Shown here one piece after another: positions 41,201 to 41,971 of a DNA stretch of 64,000 nucleotides. The notes below the pieces were generated by a model, which saw only the letters and a list, made by a program, of their open reading frames with translations, made no database searches and was not told where the DNA came from. How positions within the stretch are numbered: position 1 is the first letter of the stretch; each line of letters begins with the position of its first letter. A program made the position numbers and the translations under genes. The DNA is taken from assembly GCA_965368975.1 (NCBI GenBank), contig CBDUPA010000019.1:64001-128000 (forward strand). Direction: 5' to 3'. Origin of the DNA: an uncultured bacterium (lineage in GTDB: Bacteria; Acidobacteriota; Thermoanaerobaculia; Multivoradales; JAHZIX01).

Positions 41201-41971
41201 CTGCAGCACGTTCCCGATCAGCCCCATGTCGTGGTACATCGGCAGCCAGCCGGCGACGTGGACCTCCTCGCCATGGTCGAAAGCCCGGCGAATCAGTTCC
41301 TGATTGTGCAGCAAGTTCCCGTGACTCACCTGTACGCCCTTGGGCGCCGAGGTCGAGCCAGAGGTGTACTGCAAGAAGGCGAGGTCAGCAGCCTGCAGAC
41401 CGGGATCCCGCCAGACCTCCGGGGACGCTGGCGTCGGCTCGTCTTCGCCAACCGCATCGATGTCGAGCAGCGGCAAATCAGCGGGCCAGCCGTCGAACTT
41501 GGAGGTCAAGCGCTCAAGGCGCTGGTGCAACGCCGAGGTGGTCAGCGCCAGGGCCGGCTCGGAGTCCCGAACGATCGACAGTAGGCGCGGCAGGTGGTGC
41601 TTGGACCCCGGAGGATAGGCCGGAACGGCGACGGCACCCACGTACAAACAAGCAAAGAAACCGGTGATGAAGTCGAGCCCCGGCGGGCACAACAGCAGCA
41701 CGCGCTGCCGGCCCGCGTCGACCGCGAGCAGGCGCTGCGCCAGCGCCCGAGCTCGGCGATCCAGCTCGGCAGCGCCCAGCGTCTCTTCCACCATTTCCTG
41801 CTCGCCGGGACGCGGATCGCGCAGGAACGTGTAGAGCGCACGGCCGCTTTCCGGAGCATCGCTCTCCCCCGGAACATGGATATCCGCGGCCGCGCGCGTG
41901 CGCAGCAGCTCGACCAGGGTGCCACCCGTGAAGGCAGCCCCCTGATCCTTGTCTACACCTTTCCTAGCCAT
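2222..41971 (-). CDS. Giant hybrid FAAL/NRPS/PKS megasynthetase (~13,250 aa): FAAL-ACP, 8 NRPS modules, 1 PKS module, 3 E domains, no TE
   Basis: One uninterrupted ORF (track 2222..41998). Start is either ATG 41971 (GGGAGAG upstream) or GTG 41998 (GGAG upstream). Contains nine C-domain HHxxxD motifs, eight NRPS A domains plus a FAAL, carrier motifs GG(H/D)S, KS (TACS, HGTGT, GHLG), AT (GHSVG, HAFHS) and three E domains (HHLVVD). Confidence 0.97.
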   Translation of the reverse strand: MARKGVDKDQGAAFTGGTLVELLRTRAAADIHVPGESDAPESGRALYTFLRDPRPGEQEMVEETLGAAELDRRARALAQRLLAVDAGRQRVLLLCPPGLDFITGFFACLYVGAVAVPAYPPGSKHHLPRLLSIVRDSEPALALTTSALHQRLERLTSKFDGWPADLPLLDIDAVGEDEPTPASPEVWRDPGLQAADLAFLQYTSGSTSAPKGVQVSHGNLLHNQELIRRAFDHGEEVHVAGWLPMYHDMGLIGNVLQPLYLQTSCVLMSPVAFLQRPVRWLQAISKYRSTTSGGPNFAYELCTRKVSDEEKAGLDLSSWRLAFNGAEPVRAATLDAFADAFADCGFRRDIFFPCYGLAEATLFVTGAVPGRGFVRGDFDAAALEQGQAKQGRDEPSTSASADAGTARSLVSSGRVDRHAQDVRLVDPETAQPVAEGTVGEIWVRGPSVAGGYWRRPEVTAETFDANLAGSSQERDGWLRTGDLGFLRDGELYVTGRLKDLIILRGRNHYPQDLEATAEAAHSALRAGCSAAFAVDPTGDEAAGGEALVYVAEVVRHPDASNEEIFDAVRQALAEGHEVRLHEIVLLRTGSVPKTSSGKIQRHACRRGYLDESLNVVARSGAARPAAVQSETPQDGTRQSDTVSDDGDELRIDRALLLAMDEDERGPLLRLELKRRLAAAADQPLSAVRADQPLTSLGLDSLDVVQLQHGVQQDFGVEVPVDVLLGDLDLKGLASRLLAAIQPGPGQGREAETPASSKDDLGDEDEDPSYGQRALWLLARQAPRAAAYHIAAAARISPAPSEPRLRGILALLAQRHGELRTTFTAPEGDLRRVRRQVVPELVVGAGATPRATPEALEALIDRPFDLEAGPLVRVALLEEEGASTADGSAVLVLVIHHLIADFWSLSVLVRELGELCAAEVLPLELAPLPADYGHFVRDETRCLVDQGEELEAWWRQRLANVPLVLDLATDRPRPAQPSQRGLAVTRRLALEESSVSTVARAAEATPLTVLLASWAVLLGRLTGQRRLIVGIPSAGRRRGEWAPLVGYFVNPLAIAVDLGTSSEGLDFGGLLRQVRDRVVAALAHAELPFPRLAEVLHPERDPGRSPVFQTMLTLQRPRLAQDAGLAAFALGLAGGTLKMGGPGDGGLTLESIELPERSATFDLVLRLAMVPSGPRSSLAASLLAASDLFDASTVQRWLGAWEHLLQAALTAPSTPVAALPLLTVAQRHQWLLEWNHAAFEPRPRDDGARFQAIPQRVAAAARQVPDAVAVWVADAGTDAVDTAVAGAGRGLDLGVTYRCLDQRAQALAGRLRVLDVGFETPVAVLLPRGADYVTAALAVLYAGGAYVPLDFALPVERLQAVLEDLAAFDGRDPILITTEARLDEMPGKLPARVLTAVEPEGTPWRGPTPQLQAPQLQAPQLQAPQLQAPEPQQLAYMIFTSGSTGRPKGVQVHHAGLANLIDWHQRRYAIGGPDQPGARRSATLVSGLGFDVAVWDLWSVLTCGATLQVPSDAAVSDPPRLRDWFLTRGAESTFLVSPLAEELMRLSWPRGARLSLLLTGADRLHAAPRPGLPFELVNNYGPTESSVVASYGWVPEGAVGVPPIGRPVDGVAIYLLDRTQRPVLLGAAGEIVLGGAGVARGYLRRAAATAMAFVPQLDVPAAVSTSELACGRRQVGARMYRTGDLGRLRADGRLDFLGRLDHQVKVRGFRIELGEIEAALRQQEGVDEAAVLVVGEEHHARLVAFVVPAPGAGNLDETLLRSQLGRRLPPYMVPSALQRLDALPLTANHKVDRKLLAARAMQTVGEAYEAPRGGLEVLVARAVGEVLQRQHVGRGDDFFELGGHSLLATRLAARLRLELHVEVPLETIFQAPVVADLAATLATIPGVDHAASGAITEAEAGTERTASRTNSAASLAATPLVALSRGASGVPEDLPPLSFGQERMWLLDRLGSATGAYIIPVGLRLRGDLKVRVLERSLALVVARHESLRTVMRTAGGSPVQVIQPAGALPARFPVQVVDLTEVPGVAPPLAAAARQPFDLAAGPLMRATVWRTASDDCVLGLNLHHIAADGWSVAVLLQELEWFYNALCHGGSEALPALQFQFADYAVWQRRLLSSDVVEHELAWWRPRLSGLPVLDLPTDRPRPARPSHRSSLLPLGWSPELLERLERFAAQQDATPFMVLLATWGLLLGRHAGQAEVAIGFPIAGRERPEFEPLIGYFANTLVVRVPAQGNPEGDGFAALLETVRRRVLDVFAHGLLPFERLAEALETRPERSRSPLFQTMLAWNDRVLEPPALHGLDVSAAPVLPAEKFDLTLMVQRWPEGLRGELTFARDLFDDATALRWVDDIANLLEVILAQPDTPLEQLPHLQLPSLPAGARRQALLRWSELPLSVPAPPVAIEQASVEQVPIGEVGIEQASIEEVTYEEAPTVRPPGLRELPLSYSQQRLWLLDRLQVGSAAYNIAAGLRLIGTFQVARLSAALDHLVACHEALRTVFVSNTSDEPRQIVQEPAALRLPVIDLRRLTLSHAHAAEADAVARQLGAAHGGRSFDLSRGPVLKALLLRLASDRHHLHLNVHHIAADGWSLGLMMRDLQAGWQAGQPGDQSGDQPNDQPGERPGERQGARHTESPARLQYPDFALWQRGFVARRAQAQLDWWSETLEGLEVLELPTDRPRPPRRDPDASGGSVHQHWPATLVHGVRALARRGGATLFMVLTAAIQVLLARHSGQTDIAIGTPVAGRQHVETESIVGLFLNSLVLRAQVTPRLSFLQLLERVRSAAIGAFGHQDVPFEALLERLRPERDPARTPLFQVFVNLLNLPPVTPTLAGLEVDLLTPPELPAKFDVTFYIEELADGGLRWELHYDAALFDAARMEDWPRQLATLLTAAVADPDQQLAALPLRTVEAAQLLPDPRQILETSWHGPIHQHFAEHARRQPERPLVRDRHGVWSYGEVAVVSDALAAWLVAHEVRRGDRVAILTWRAAVLLPAVLGVLKAGAALVLLDPAWPAVRRAQMLDAARPSAVLELLPPAAETAVLSSLAPARDEEGPSVATWCQQRTASLLQLPVGSQAETLDFVQKLPTTGLPTTGTAVPDVEIGPEDLALVAFTSGSTGVPKGIEGRHGPLTHFLPWQCATLEMGPDDRFSLLSGLGHDPLQRDLFTPIFLGAELAVPDPRDLTAAGRLAAWMAEVGVTVAHLTPALGQVLCEGDTIRAQAVRAQAVRAQPVRLPALRRVLLVGEALRGRDVERLRQLAPSVTVVNLYGSTETQRAVSYHVASAADVARPVLPLGHGMRDVQLLVLDRDHRPAGVGELGEIAVRSPHLARGYLDDPRATALAFTPDVVHPDAARTQSQIRLYRSGDLGRYLPNGEVAFAGRRDKQIKIRGFRVEPAEIEAVLVALPEVREAVVLAQGPSSSTGLRGPQLGVASRLVAFLVPQAGSAGAVATGGIDPGAVRAALLQRLPAYMVPAAFEVLDRLPLTANAKVDRRALAQRLPALASSALASSVLASSVLASSAQVVPGAVSGAELAAAPLLPGSTPEERLERDIEALWAELLEVPAVDPEASFFDLGGHSLLLVRLHARLQQLAGRELPLVELFAHPTVRGQARYLARLLETSEPAVRAQVLQASRPAGASASASAGVGESAVPIAIVGMAGRFPGAPDVDAFWRQLLDGREAVRRFTDEELLAAGLPAELVTHPKLVRGRGVLDGVEDFDAEHFGLTPRQAQLLDPQVRLLLETARLALDDAAVDPERFAGSIGVFAGGTLSTYFLHYLQRDPNLLREVGAYQLAMGADRDYFVTQLAYRLGLSGPAVSVQTACSTALVAVHLACRALRAGDCDLALAGGVSIKVPQVTGYLYEEGGIDALSGRCRAFDAAADGTVWGSGAGLVALRRLDDALASGDPIHALVLGSAVNNDGKHKAGFTAPSIEAQARVIAAAHADAAVEAATIGYVEAHGTGTQLGDPIEVSALNRAFAEVDDRRPLGAVKASIGHLGAAAGIAGLIKTVLALRHGVVPPTAGFETANPAAPFEEGPFYVSGQAESWPSSELPRRAGVSAFGLGGTNAHVVLQQAPSAIAGAVADEPKPPAESAAGDAWHLLLLSAHTPAALHTTCEDLATWLDEQVVSERIAPDLAAPDLADVAHTLRSGRPRWPTRRLVVCRDVAGAMRALRSRDVPAHLRAITAGSARPRVAFLLPGQGSQFPSMGAALYETEPEYRRWIDEGAEHLRSRLGLDLRTLLHAPADDSEAAAQLRRTRWAQPALLLVEVALARLWQHWGIEPVALLGHSVGEYAAATLAGVLSLRDALDLMALRGELMEPLDGGAMVSVAAAGSDIEARYLQASQDEAGNPGERVEVAAVNAPSVCVLTGPVAAVEAMQARLEADGISCRRLPTDHAFHSAMMEPICAAFAEAVGRVELRPPTLPYISNLTGDWVTAEQTQDPDYWARHLRRSVRFADGVECLSQLEDLVLLEVGPGRTLGSLARQTLRQDGLQPKSDVPSRKPVTAIASMRRQSDAAEAQEDDRARALEALGRLWLAGADVDWQRFDGSATQTPRRRHLPGTAFQRQRHWVELDGIAPLWAGETGPAQPHSAPSMPLRVDAEVEVASSAVAPSDIDDTVAGRIAALLGRLLGVPEVGAQDDFFELGGDSLLATRFLSLLRDEIGAELSLPELFTASTPHALAGLLEARDPGLSAAAEADRVIPLDAVDLDLDLLPPRPQHPPLSFAQERLWFLERLEDSGTAYNLPAALELRGRLDVARLRAALRRVVERHEVLRTRLPELDGRPYQEILPASSPIVRASTALPVVDLGALAGSSSEVAAIAVGTLADQLLARAAGRRFDLSRGPLLRTVLLRLPSAPDSATKHLSEPKHRLLIELHHTVADGWSWHRLWLEVGAFYGDEAASIPPLPLQYADFAVAQRRQLQGERLQDLLRVWRRRLDPPPPPVELPVDRPRSTVDTAEAARGARLLETLTPAETAAIEELTRSSGLTGSGLTVFMVLLAAFGELLSRHGGAGDPATDLAVGTPVAGRTQQQLEPLLGVFVNTLPLRLDLGGSTTSGGPTVAEVLERVRAVTLEAYAHQDLPFSQLVAALQPERRLDREPLIQTLLVLQNTEAPSAAPVGLPGVEVRPLSVAAGGAKYDLSLSVTPLRDGAGVRTLRLDAEYRPALVDATTIRRLLGHYRQLLAGFAAEPQQRLRRLELLSPAECHQLAQEWHGPASLRKATGDILASETLASLVAASAGRVPEAVALVAGSRHVSYRELWRRAGRIATGVADRIAPAEALTGSEAEPRVGVALPRTPLLVESLLGVLRAGAAYVPLDPAYPAERTVFMLQDSGAALLLISDGGESSSGVEVVDPALLVEVSLAEVSLAEEEQRTGASLADSLDNFPDHSRPERLAYVIYTSGSTGKPKGVAIEHRRAVARMRWAGQTFTAAQLAGTLAATSVCFDLSVFELFTPLVHGGSVVLAANALQLPHLRAAARVSLVNTVPSALTALVALEQDGEAALPPALAAVNLAGEPLPPTLAGQLLQLRPRVELRNLYGPSEDTTYSTGTRLKSTPDGVRVTLGLPLPGTTAAVLDRHARVQPVGVAGDLHLSGGGLARGYLGRPALTAERFLPAVPVLATALAAGLATGLAAGRPCRHESDRDGAALRIGGSRMYRTGDLVRRLADGRLDYLGRLDHQVKLRGFRIELGEIESLLAGHPEVRRAVTVVHAGTRLVAYVEPAAERGDSVANSPDEDGLRRRLLAHLGTRLPVYMVPSRIEMLETLPQLPNGKVDRSQLARRSLPMEGTAMEGTAMDGAAQDTALERTAEASATLGSTGARLAEVWQQVLGLETLPGADAHFFELGGDSILSIQVVSQARKAGLTLTPRQLFEHPTLGALAALLQQSGVEQGSGGVAVAESGPAFATTPSSDRLLEGPVPLTPIQHWFLRPGVRDPHHFNQAWWLRDAGDPPLDPALLRRVLRQLPERHDALRLRFDQRPGKDGGTWQQRYASRAEARQLDSLVHVDLERLAPAARESEARRLGEALQGRFDLARGPLLRVLLLTYGTAPAELLWCAHHLVVDGVTWRLLLSDVAAGYAALASAAGSEFGAAARSSASFRDWAQAQVRLAHDSRTLDGALCWLEPWLGSRPSTILPTAVEAAEPQRTASLDVEFDRELTTRLLGPVSSRLRMKVDEVLLAVLARAWPDRAESTALWLDLERHGRDLPGVECSDVAGWFTALFPVLLPLDEAPEAAADLRSVRRQLRALPEGGIPFGIVRYLGPPHASKALANLPPRHLVFNYLGQAGGAGLTGSGRAGSGQSGSGEAGRWQPLDRPVRSLRSPRQPRPHAYEINGAVIEGRLCLRWTYPDGAEAGASMPARAERFRQRLAELVQYGDSAQALRLWPEDVPLAGFADNPAETAQLLSLQERAGGAIEDLYPLAPMQRGMIFHSLQAPTDGAYVGQMLLELEPQTDGSFDAAALPLAMAAAWRRLLARQPMLRTGILGLDRSQPLQAVYRQVPLPWSRIELDGLRTDDCAWALDQLLAADRRHGFDLQRPPLLRLLWISRAEEGPALLCSHHHLLLDGWSMALLIRDLAGDLAHYAAGSRARATGEGRRGASTSLAPARPYRDFIAWLAERDLAERDPAAAETFWRTTLDGLRAPTRLAVQRPVEASTAEAGTDDRSETGKQDGGHFARSVHLSAAQAEAVSAAARHAGVTLNTWVQAAWGLVLGRFSGDRDIVFGAVSSGREADLSGIDQMVGLFINTLPVRLSLAPSQRVTSWLHQQQTRQAQVREHEYVALADVQRWSPLPAGEQLFDTLLVFENYPVDRLASQQAGQDLRVRRAHMREQTNYPLTLIAEPAAGADGAAAGLHLKLDAQWQAFEPVAVGALLHQLHWLLGTVLPAAVDSETRLGALPALPPTERQALLFEYQGLPVPHSPDPSLHGPSLHGPVVAQATQRPDAVALLAGRHHLSFAALVCGARAVAGRLRAAGVGLDDRVGLLAERTPRALTGILGVLMAGAAYVPVDPQAPPSRLQQLAADAAFAVVLTDAEHAALAAELGVATVARLEDATSDDAPQDDADEVDAAAVAVEQGLVHPQAAAYVIYTSGTTGAAKGVVISQASAGGFAATFRRQLALTPADRLMLFAPLSFDASVLQTFPALGAGAGLLIPRQPRLLVGRALLGYAARHGLTVLDLPAALWRAWVDDTAAHGLPLPRRLRLCLTGGESVPHAHLRTWAGLAPWPMDFLSSYGPTETTVTATAIEARNLDVLRRSAGAAPASQGNLRLGHPLAGVRLYLLATGAEALGQQPVPRGVAGELVLGGPGVARGYLGRPAQTATVFVPDGIEAFVPDGVEASVAGGRLYRTGDLARRDFRGELEFLGRADRQIKLRGFRLEPAEIEAVLRQHPAVREAAVVLRKDHPGERLLTAYVTPAGSADPAADDLRQLAAAHLPDYAVPAAFVVLDTVPLLASGKLDMKALPAPQLSSAALGGVGSAAGATRTVGRPPAGDLERRLAEIWIQVLGLQAAGAELDLEAFDAEADFFALGGDSILTIQLVARAQQAGVQLDARDVFAHPSVARLAAHLQASPERARPEAEQGPVSGPTPPTPIQRWWRNLGAPAHFNQALLLQPSRQVSPGHLDRALGRLLRHHDALRLVWRVPAEGASATEDNAGEPLILPPLARAETPYACLDLRGLPAERRPAEAQRLATRAQASFDAARGPLVRLLHVLGVSPREESPIQEYLIWLCHHLVVDAVSWRLLLDDLESLVLERRLPPKTAPWTAWSRHLAELAAAPEAPARAAAWAAYLAAPVLHLPEDVRAARETASPEVDTFGRQASVERRLSTDLTGTLLTDALSVYGGSLADAVLSALLRAWPRHLQAEPLEKPADGPAEGQHRRHPVLLVELEGHGRDVLLDGALDVSRTAGWFTVQTPLVLQPASAGTAKPAEALQKVRTAQDELRRGVAPGPGDATDSHASDGHSSEMGALAGLDGRAEWGVLQGLPTPIPKARPTLGFNYLGRLDAAGGSQLWEPRLDVPAWIGPQVDPELPRPLALELQAAVREGRLEMTLRYAPSRHQRATVELLLDGLTSALEELAAAARDLLVRMTLDGRRPEAIYPVTPMQQGMLFHSLRAPGQGLYVQQLTLRLAPGLDVQAFHRAWHQLLERHAVLRTGFFALDTETPLQAVRAWPSWSDSWSDSLADGGSPLALHPLPLQVVDLSRLPEPVRVAEWQGLADADRRQGFAAGAAPLMRLLLAREFAALTSSQAEGATRYRFLWSHHHALMDGWSLPRLLGEVRALYAGAALAPPPPPFQRYAEYLEGRDATAEERFWRAYLAGFDEPTPLPASGPTSGAVVASGDGRADEGHAFDDRRQPLSHDLVQALEAFARRHRLTLNTLFQGAWARLLAVHAGVTEGASDGGVPDVVFGAVTAGRSAPLPGIEEMVGLFINTLPVRVHFDGRPLVPWLQALQRAQVEQRAYEATPPARLQAWSQVPAGRSLFETLLAFENYPLEADHSASNEPSSLQVEEVAAREQPHYPLSLLVVPGRDQRLELRLLSQRSRFVSTEALRLLGHLLRLLEGLASVGEEDSSRANLPIEALSLLGKSESHQLLIEWNETPNLAEHPGREPAVLHERIAARARRVPERTAVVCGRRWLSFGELDRRATALAARLRRVGAGPDQVVAVCLQRSPELMVALLGVLRAGAAYVPLDPDYPHERLAFMLDDAWANQLGHDDPTSDQGSEQSSDQGGILLVQPHAVPQLQQQAVDRGAAVLRLAPDGGVEMPDSHTDLAAAPDEMQPWTESKPEHLAYVIYTSGSTGKPKGAMNSHRAICNRLAWMQQQYQLNAGTPGTGGDAGDVVLQKTPASFDVSVWEFFWPLLEGVRLVLAKPGGHKDPAYLTWLIRRQAITTLHFVPSLLQVFVDQPDLPACRSLRRVVTSGEALSGPLARRLLQRLPLPLLSDAGLPGAGLHNLYGPTEAAVDVTYHCCTPDELAAGVPIGRPVTNTRILLLDRQGESVPIGVGGELHIGGVQLARGYWRRPAKTAEVFVPARGGEGESLDRGARLYRTGDLARYKPDGEIDFLGRIDHQVKIRGLRIELGEIEAALDEHPRVRDAVVVAHRTGGSAGSARLVAYVVLDASDTRGEDSWQEDLRAHLRSRLPDYMVPALWLRLDALPLLPNGKVDRRALPAPDGGLSREIAYEAPVEETEIRLAAVFARVLGLERVGRHDNFFSLGGDSILSLRVGAQAAEQGLEIGFGDLFTHSTVAQLATVSRVMGAEQAEGAAPDQEAWAGPFELLTNADRQRLQDRETELEDAYPVSALQLGMLYFTEHASPDTAAEPSAEPGAVYHNVSALHLRGDVNPGTLQRALEAVTDRHPALRTSFDLDRFDEPLQLVARRAPVRFSVCDLSALAPEDRERQRARRFEAEQRARFDVRRPPLLRVWLLPYGDGSFVFGWSEHHAIIDGWSIASWLTEVFSEVQRLLGTASRDATPPAPPYRHFVQLERQMLANREPSREAWDFWSRQLAGAEMLRLPRAGTLADQPPGVDVIEVPMPDTAALEALARAIGVTLKSVLLAVHLHVLEQLSGSRDVMTGLVSNGRPEGADSERTMGLFLNTLPLRLRLPSARHGGSWRQLIRSVYDAEVAMLPYRRLPLAELQRRLADGSALFEVAFNYIHFHVLASADNLAERLETLAVHTFAETDFTLMVQTGRNAGDGRPTLELQYRRERLHPAQVRQWAGWYRRTLEALVAASAEPDLPRHARSLLSRAEHHQLRYAWNDTRVTWPADGSRYLHRRVAATVERLPDVVALVAGLQHVSYAELWRRACHLAARLQALGAGPDRRVALCLERSAELSIALLGTLLSGSAYLPLDPEHPPTRLAEIVGDAEPVAIVTVAALRARVDALRPLLPQPAPPCLELDVSSPAGARSPDAVARIPADAGADQLVPADAGADQLVPADAGADQLAYVIYTSGSTGKPKGAMISHRSIDNRLRWMQTAYELGPGDVVLQKTPVTFDVSVWELFWPLLEGARLVLARPGGHRDPAYLAALIRRAGISVLHFVPSMLQLYVDAAPEEATQRPWGPRLVVTSGEALPVSLAERTLAQLDPRRGARLENLYGPTEAAVDVTRWTCRPSATTLPIGRPIANTRIHLLDASLRPVAALVPGQLWIAGVNVGRGYLRRPALTAAAFRPDPFPEDGTGGARAYATGDLARHRGDGAIDFLGRIDFQVKVRGLRIELGEIEDVLRRLPEVADAVVVAQRTAGGDSRLIAYLTASSTQDPSDLRQRLADTLPDYMIPAAFVQLDALPLNTSGKVDRKALPAPDSDLLAAGTGGADAGGPPRDELETRLAALFSELLEVPVSGRDADFFALGGHSLLATRLLGRLRRDMASESGVGAEVSLRLGDIFRAGTVAALAQRLREAGSVSEEASGRTSVGPPLRRISRDQVLPASFAQQRFWVLDRLLAPLPDGPLEARQVQAGQPEGALDGRAAYNVVFASRLESTSEDEAGSKGAVLNRALLHGALLNRAVRAVVARHEVLHSHLDADEEGRLRQVIAPAATGVSVPCLDLHHLAPSRRSAEARRLAQLAGARPFDLRRAPLHRWLLVRQEPATHTLLLVLHHAVTDGWSVGLLVREVVEEYQRQHSRQLGGQVAQPAASAPAEESLQYADYAAWQRAWFDAGGAAAQLDWWRQQLRGLEPLDLPSDRPRPAQQSFTGGRLALPLPASLTQSLEAFAGSRGSTLFMTLLAGFQLLLGRLAARADVAVGTPVAGRPRPELETLQGCFVNTLVLRSDLAAADGFGQLVTRVRDETLAAQERQDLPFEQLVAALQPRRDRSRTPLFQVLFVLQNVPPVHLSLPGLAVRPLEVETAQARFDLSLTVEPAGAGTYRAIADWSLALFDATTVRRWMAAWQRLLAAGVAQPQVPLADLPWLSVAQEQQVLREWNETPALLPAELPPAHPPVPVSEPAVLDARIGARAGQWPQAIAVQCGQHWLSYDELLSRAETLAECLREQGAGPESVIAVCMPRSLELVVALLGILRSGAAYVPLDPDYPSERLTFMLGDAWSAAANEDRGLLVTAPGLAPAVESAAVTAGGVIVELHGDGSLHVPTASTSQTASTSLADRRPENLAYVIYTSGSTGKPKGAMNSHRAICNRLHWMQQQYGLAAGDVVLQKTPASFDVSVWEFFWPLLEGVRLVLAKPAGHKDPGYLARLIVRQAVTTLHFVPSMLQVFVEEPGLQLCTSLRRVVASGEALPAALARRLLERRPGAGLYNLYGPTEAAVDVTHHPCRLDETGSSAAIGRPVANTRILLLDRRGAPVPIGVAGELHIGGVQLARGYLGRPARTASSFVPDGTHQGNRVPEGTHKQYRGRLYRTGDLARTLADGEIEFLGRLDHQVKIRGLRIELGEIEAALATLAPVGDVTVRDIVVTAWRPAQAADSPARLVAYVATDAPPASESEWVADLRAQLGTRLPDYMVPALWVRLPELPLLPNGKVDRKALPAPGVQASEVQGEAAPSNDRESALATIWQEVLGAGPFGIHDDFFAQGGDSILALQVVARARSAGLGLTPAQLFEHPTIAAQAAAAVGLDEVELVHSASAAGPVPPTPIQAWFLDHLRQGGQELHLERPEHPGHHFNQALLLQPAQPLAAPELFTVLRVLFERHDALRLRLEVLDGAVDGAWRPVLASAQRASHLASSAGAVVDLGRMPEPAAVEQLTTCLQRSFDLTRGPLLRAVLIRLGGREQRLWLGAHHLVVDGVSWRILLQDLATVLTAVRAGRDPLAAVAGVGTSFRAWSEWLQSFDAAEPLAAVASYWRRLHKRLPPPLPLAQSGDAPTENGIRADEASVSVELDGATTRDLLQRAGAAYRMRVDEILLTALTLACAEWSGEDRLWLDLEGHGRDAEALTSLRADEAAAPDLSRTVGWLTSLYPVLLDLGAARGPAGEAGLDLGAALKAIKEQLRTLPAGGLAFGLVRERLASMAPSLPPSVRQPEVLFNYLGQLHRGGGVAAEGEAPWRAAAESAGPDASPRLRRSHALMVDAQVVAGAAEGPEQQPMQQPRLQLRLRYDRRRGAQDVLERVAASFAEHLHGLVAHCLQPDAGGYTPSDFPLAVLRATELDELVTVVGGRLEDLYPATPMQQGMLFHSLRAPRSGVYVQQLVLRFGGEGAAGSTLDERALYSAWGRLLERHPALRTAFWLQFDEPLQVVLPAEAVALPWTVSDWSDLPPVDQRRALDRLLVADRLRAFRLPAAPLFRLALLRLGAGERALIWSYHHALLDGWSTPILLRELFEFYRAARQRQRVEIAPPAGRFRDFVAWLQPRLASGEAEEFWRSRLADIAAPTPLPADRPAREGSTGGSQHEHRSFLTPQLSEDLEARARQLRITTNSLLQGAWALLLAQTLWGQRGARGGSTGGDSETEVVFGAITAGRSAPLPGLQETVGLFINILPVRRQVSPSAKTADWLRALHEELAALRRFEYSPLAQLQAWSGVPPGQPLFDSILVYENFPVGASASAAGGGLGLRGVEMAEQTNYPLTLVAAPGDRLSLRLLYDPERFDATTALRLLGQLQRLLEGLSGPDVSAEQLGDLPRLSPAERQLLVVERNDTRLELAPERRLLPAAWLAQAARTPDALALTVGSHTERQLSYGQLRARAEDLAYQLRALGAGPDVPVAFCLPRSTGLLVSMLGVLLAGATCVPLDPEVPPERLEFQLQDSGARLLVLNTEGNSSLRSRFAALPHLQVVELDTLDRVTAAVPVPETGRQQGGRKALLPPPELHPDHLFYVIYTSGSTGRPKGVQLSHRAMSNLVAWDQAAWHTGDRPRVFGFSPVGFDACYNETFLAWVTGGTLCFLDDAARRDVPKVTDYLERQRVDKALVPVVLLQQLAEEAAEGRWPASSLSALITAGEQQHVTPLVRRLFEQRPELVLGNYYGPSESHVVTARYFRRGPGQPESQREPEQWPARPPIGVPLPNTQIQILGSDLYPVALGTTGELWIGGDCLARGYLARAALTADRFRPHPLAGRVAAAGARLYRSGDLARWRVDGEIEYLDRADFQVKIRGFRVEPGEVQAVLESHPDVRQAAVVAAADPTLAATGGQRLLAYVVPVGDTEADVAAAGTSLVDISSELRMFLLQRLPSYMVPSAFVRLAELPVNANGKLDRRALPQPDGTATGTLFVAPRTAVEAVLCGIWRRVLGVERVGVDDDFFDLGGHSLLATRIVSRVRRTFRVEFPLPAFFELARPTVGELAKAVIAHESRPGQAEVIARALQRVSRKSEETE
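2300..5665 (-). other. Module C(DCL)-A(Pro/imino-acid-like)-T
   Basis: C motif HHALLDGWS. A domain has FDACYNE, LITAGEQ and NYYGPSESHVVT (Pro-clade motifs; code ~DANLIAYVVK). T motif GGHSL at ~2428. Confidence 0.7.
5760..10705 (-). other. Module C(LCL)-A(Ser)-T-E (D-Ser)
   Basis: C motif HHAVTDGWS; code DVWHVSLVDK; T motif GGDSI at ~7400; E motif HHLVVDGVSW at ~6785. Confidence 0.8.
10790..14105 (-). other. Module C(modAA, dehydrating type)-A(Ser)-T
   Basis: C domain with DAYPVSALQLGM, SEHHAIIDGWS (~13655), GLFLNTLPLR and FNYIHFHV (~13005-13028). A code DVWHVSLVDK. T motif GGHSL at ~10925. Confidence 0.75.
12148..12235 (-). repeat. In-frame 30-bp tandem repeat, ~3 copies (PADAGADQLV)
   Basis: cgag(c/t)tggtc(c/t)gccccggcatccgccggca repeated immediately before the A3 motif of the second Ser A domain. 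Confidence 0.92.
14230..17700 (-). other. Module C(DCL)-A(Ser)-T
   Basis: C motif HHALMDGWS; code DVWHVSLVDK (Ser type); T motif GGDSI at ~14330, not followed by an E domain. Confidence 0.8.
17750..22740 (-). other. Module C(DCL)-A(unknown)-T-E
   Basis: C motifs DLYPLAPMQRGM and HHLLLDGWS; code ~DALDLGSVTK; T motif GGDSI; E motif HHLVVDAVSW at ~18785. Confidence 0.75.
21192..21221 (-). repeat. In-frame 15-bp tandem duplication (PSLHG x2)
   Basis: ccgtgtaggctgggg x2. Confidence 0.85.
24597..24631 (-). repeat. In-frame 15-bp tandem repeat (MEGTA x2+)
   Basis: tccatggccgtgcct x2 plus tccat, in the A-T linker. Confidence 0.85.
25876..25909 (-). repeat. In-frame 15-bp tandem duplication (EVSLA x2)
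   Basis: cctctgcgagcgaca x2 plus cctc. Confidence 0.85.
27930..31050 (-). other. PKS module KS-AT(malonyl)-ACP, with no KR, DH or ER
   Basis: KS triad VQTACS (~30530), EAHGTGT, SIGHLGAAAG. AT GHSVG (~29125) and HAFHS (~28800, malonyl type). ACP GGDSL at ~28045. No GxGxxG KR motif and no room for a KR between AT and ACP. Confidence 0.9.
31435..31494 (-). repeat. In-frame 15-bp tandem repeat x4 ((A/V)LASS)
   Basis: ccgacgaagccag(ta/tg/cg) x4, in the A-T linker. Confidence 0.92.
32307..32346 (-). repeat. In-frame 15-bp tandem repeat (RAQAV x2.7)
   Basis: tgcgcacggacagcc x2 plus tgcgcacgga, inside the LYS2-like A domain. Confidence 0.88.
36330..39670 (-). other. Module 1: C-A(Leu-like)-T
   Basis: C motif HHLIADFWS (~39270-39290). 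By-eye code DVWFLGNVVK, close to the Leu code DAWFLGNVVK. T motif GGHSL at ~36445. Confidence 0.7.
37689..37750 (-). repeat. In-frame 15-bp tandem repeat x4 (PQLQA)
   Basis: ggggcctgta(a/g)ctga x4, just before the A3 motif of module 1. Confidence 0.93.
39750..41971 (-). other. Loading unit: fatty acyl-AMP ligase (FAAL) + ACP
   Basis: LAFLQYTSGSTSAPKGVQVSHGNL, WLPMYHDMGLIG, CYGLAEATLFV, GRLKDLIILRGRNHYPQDLE and PKTSSGKIQR are FAAL signatures. ACP motif LGLDSL at ~39870-39885. Confidence 0.92.
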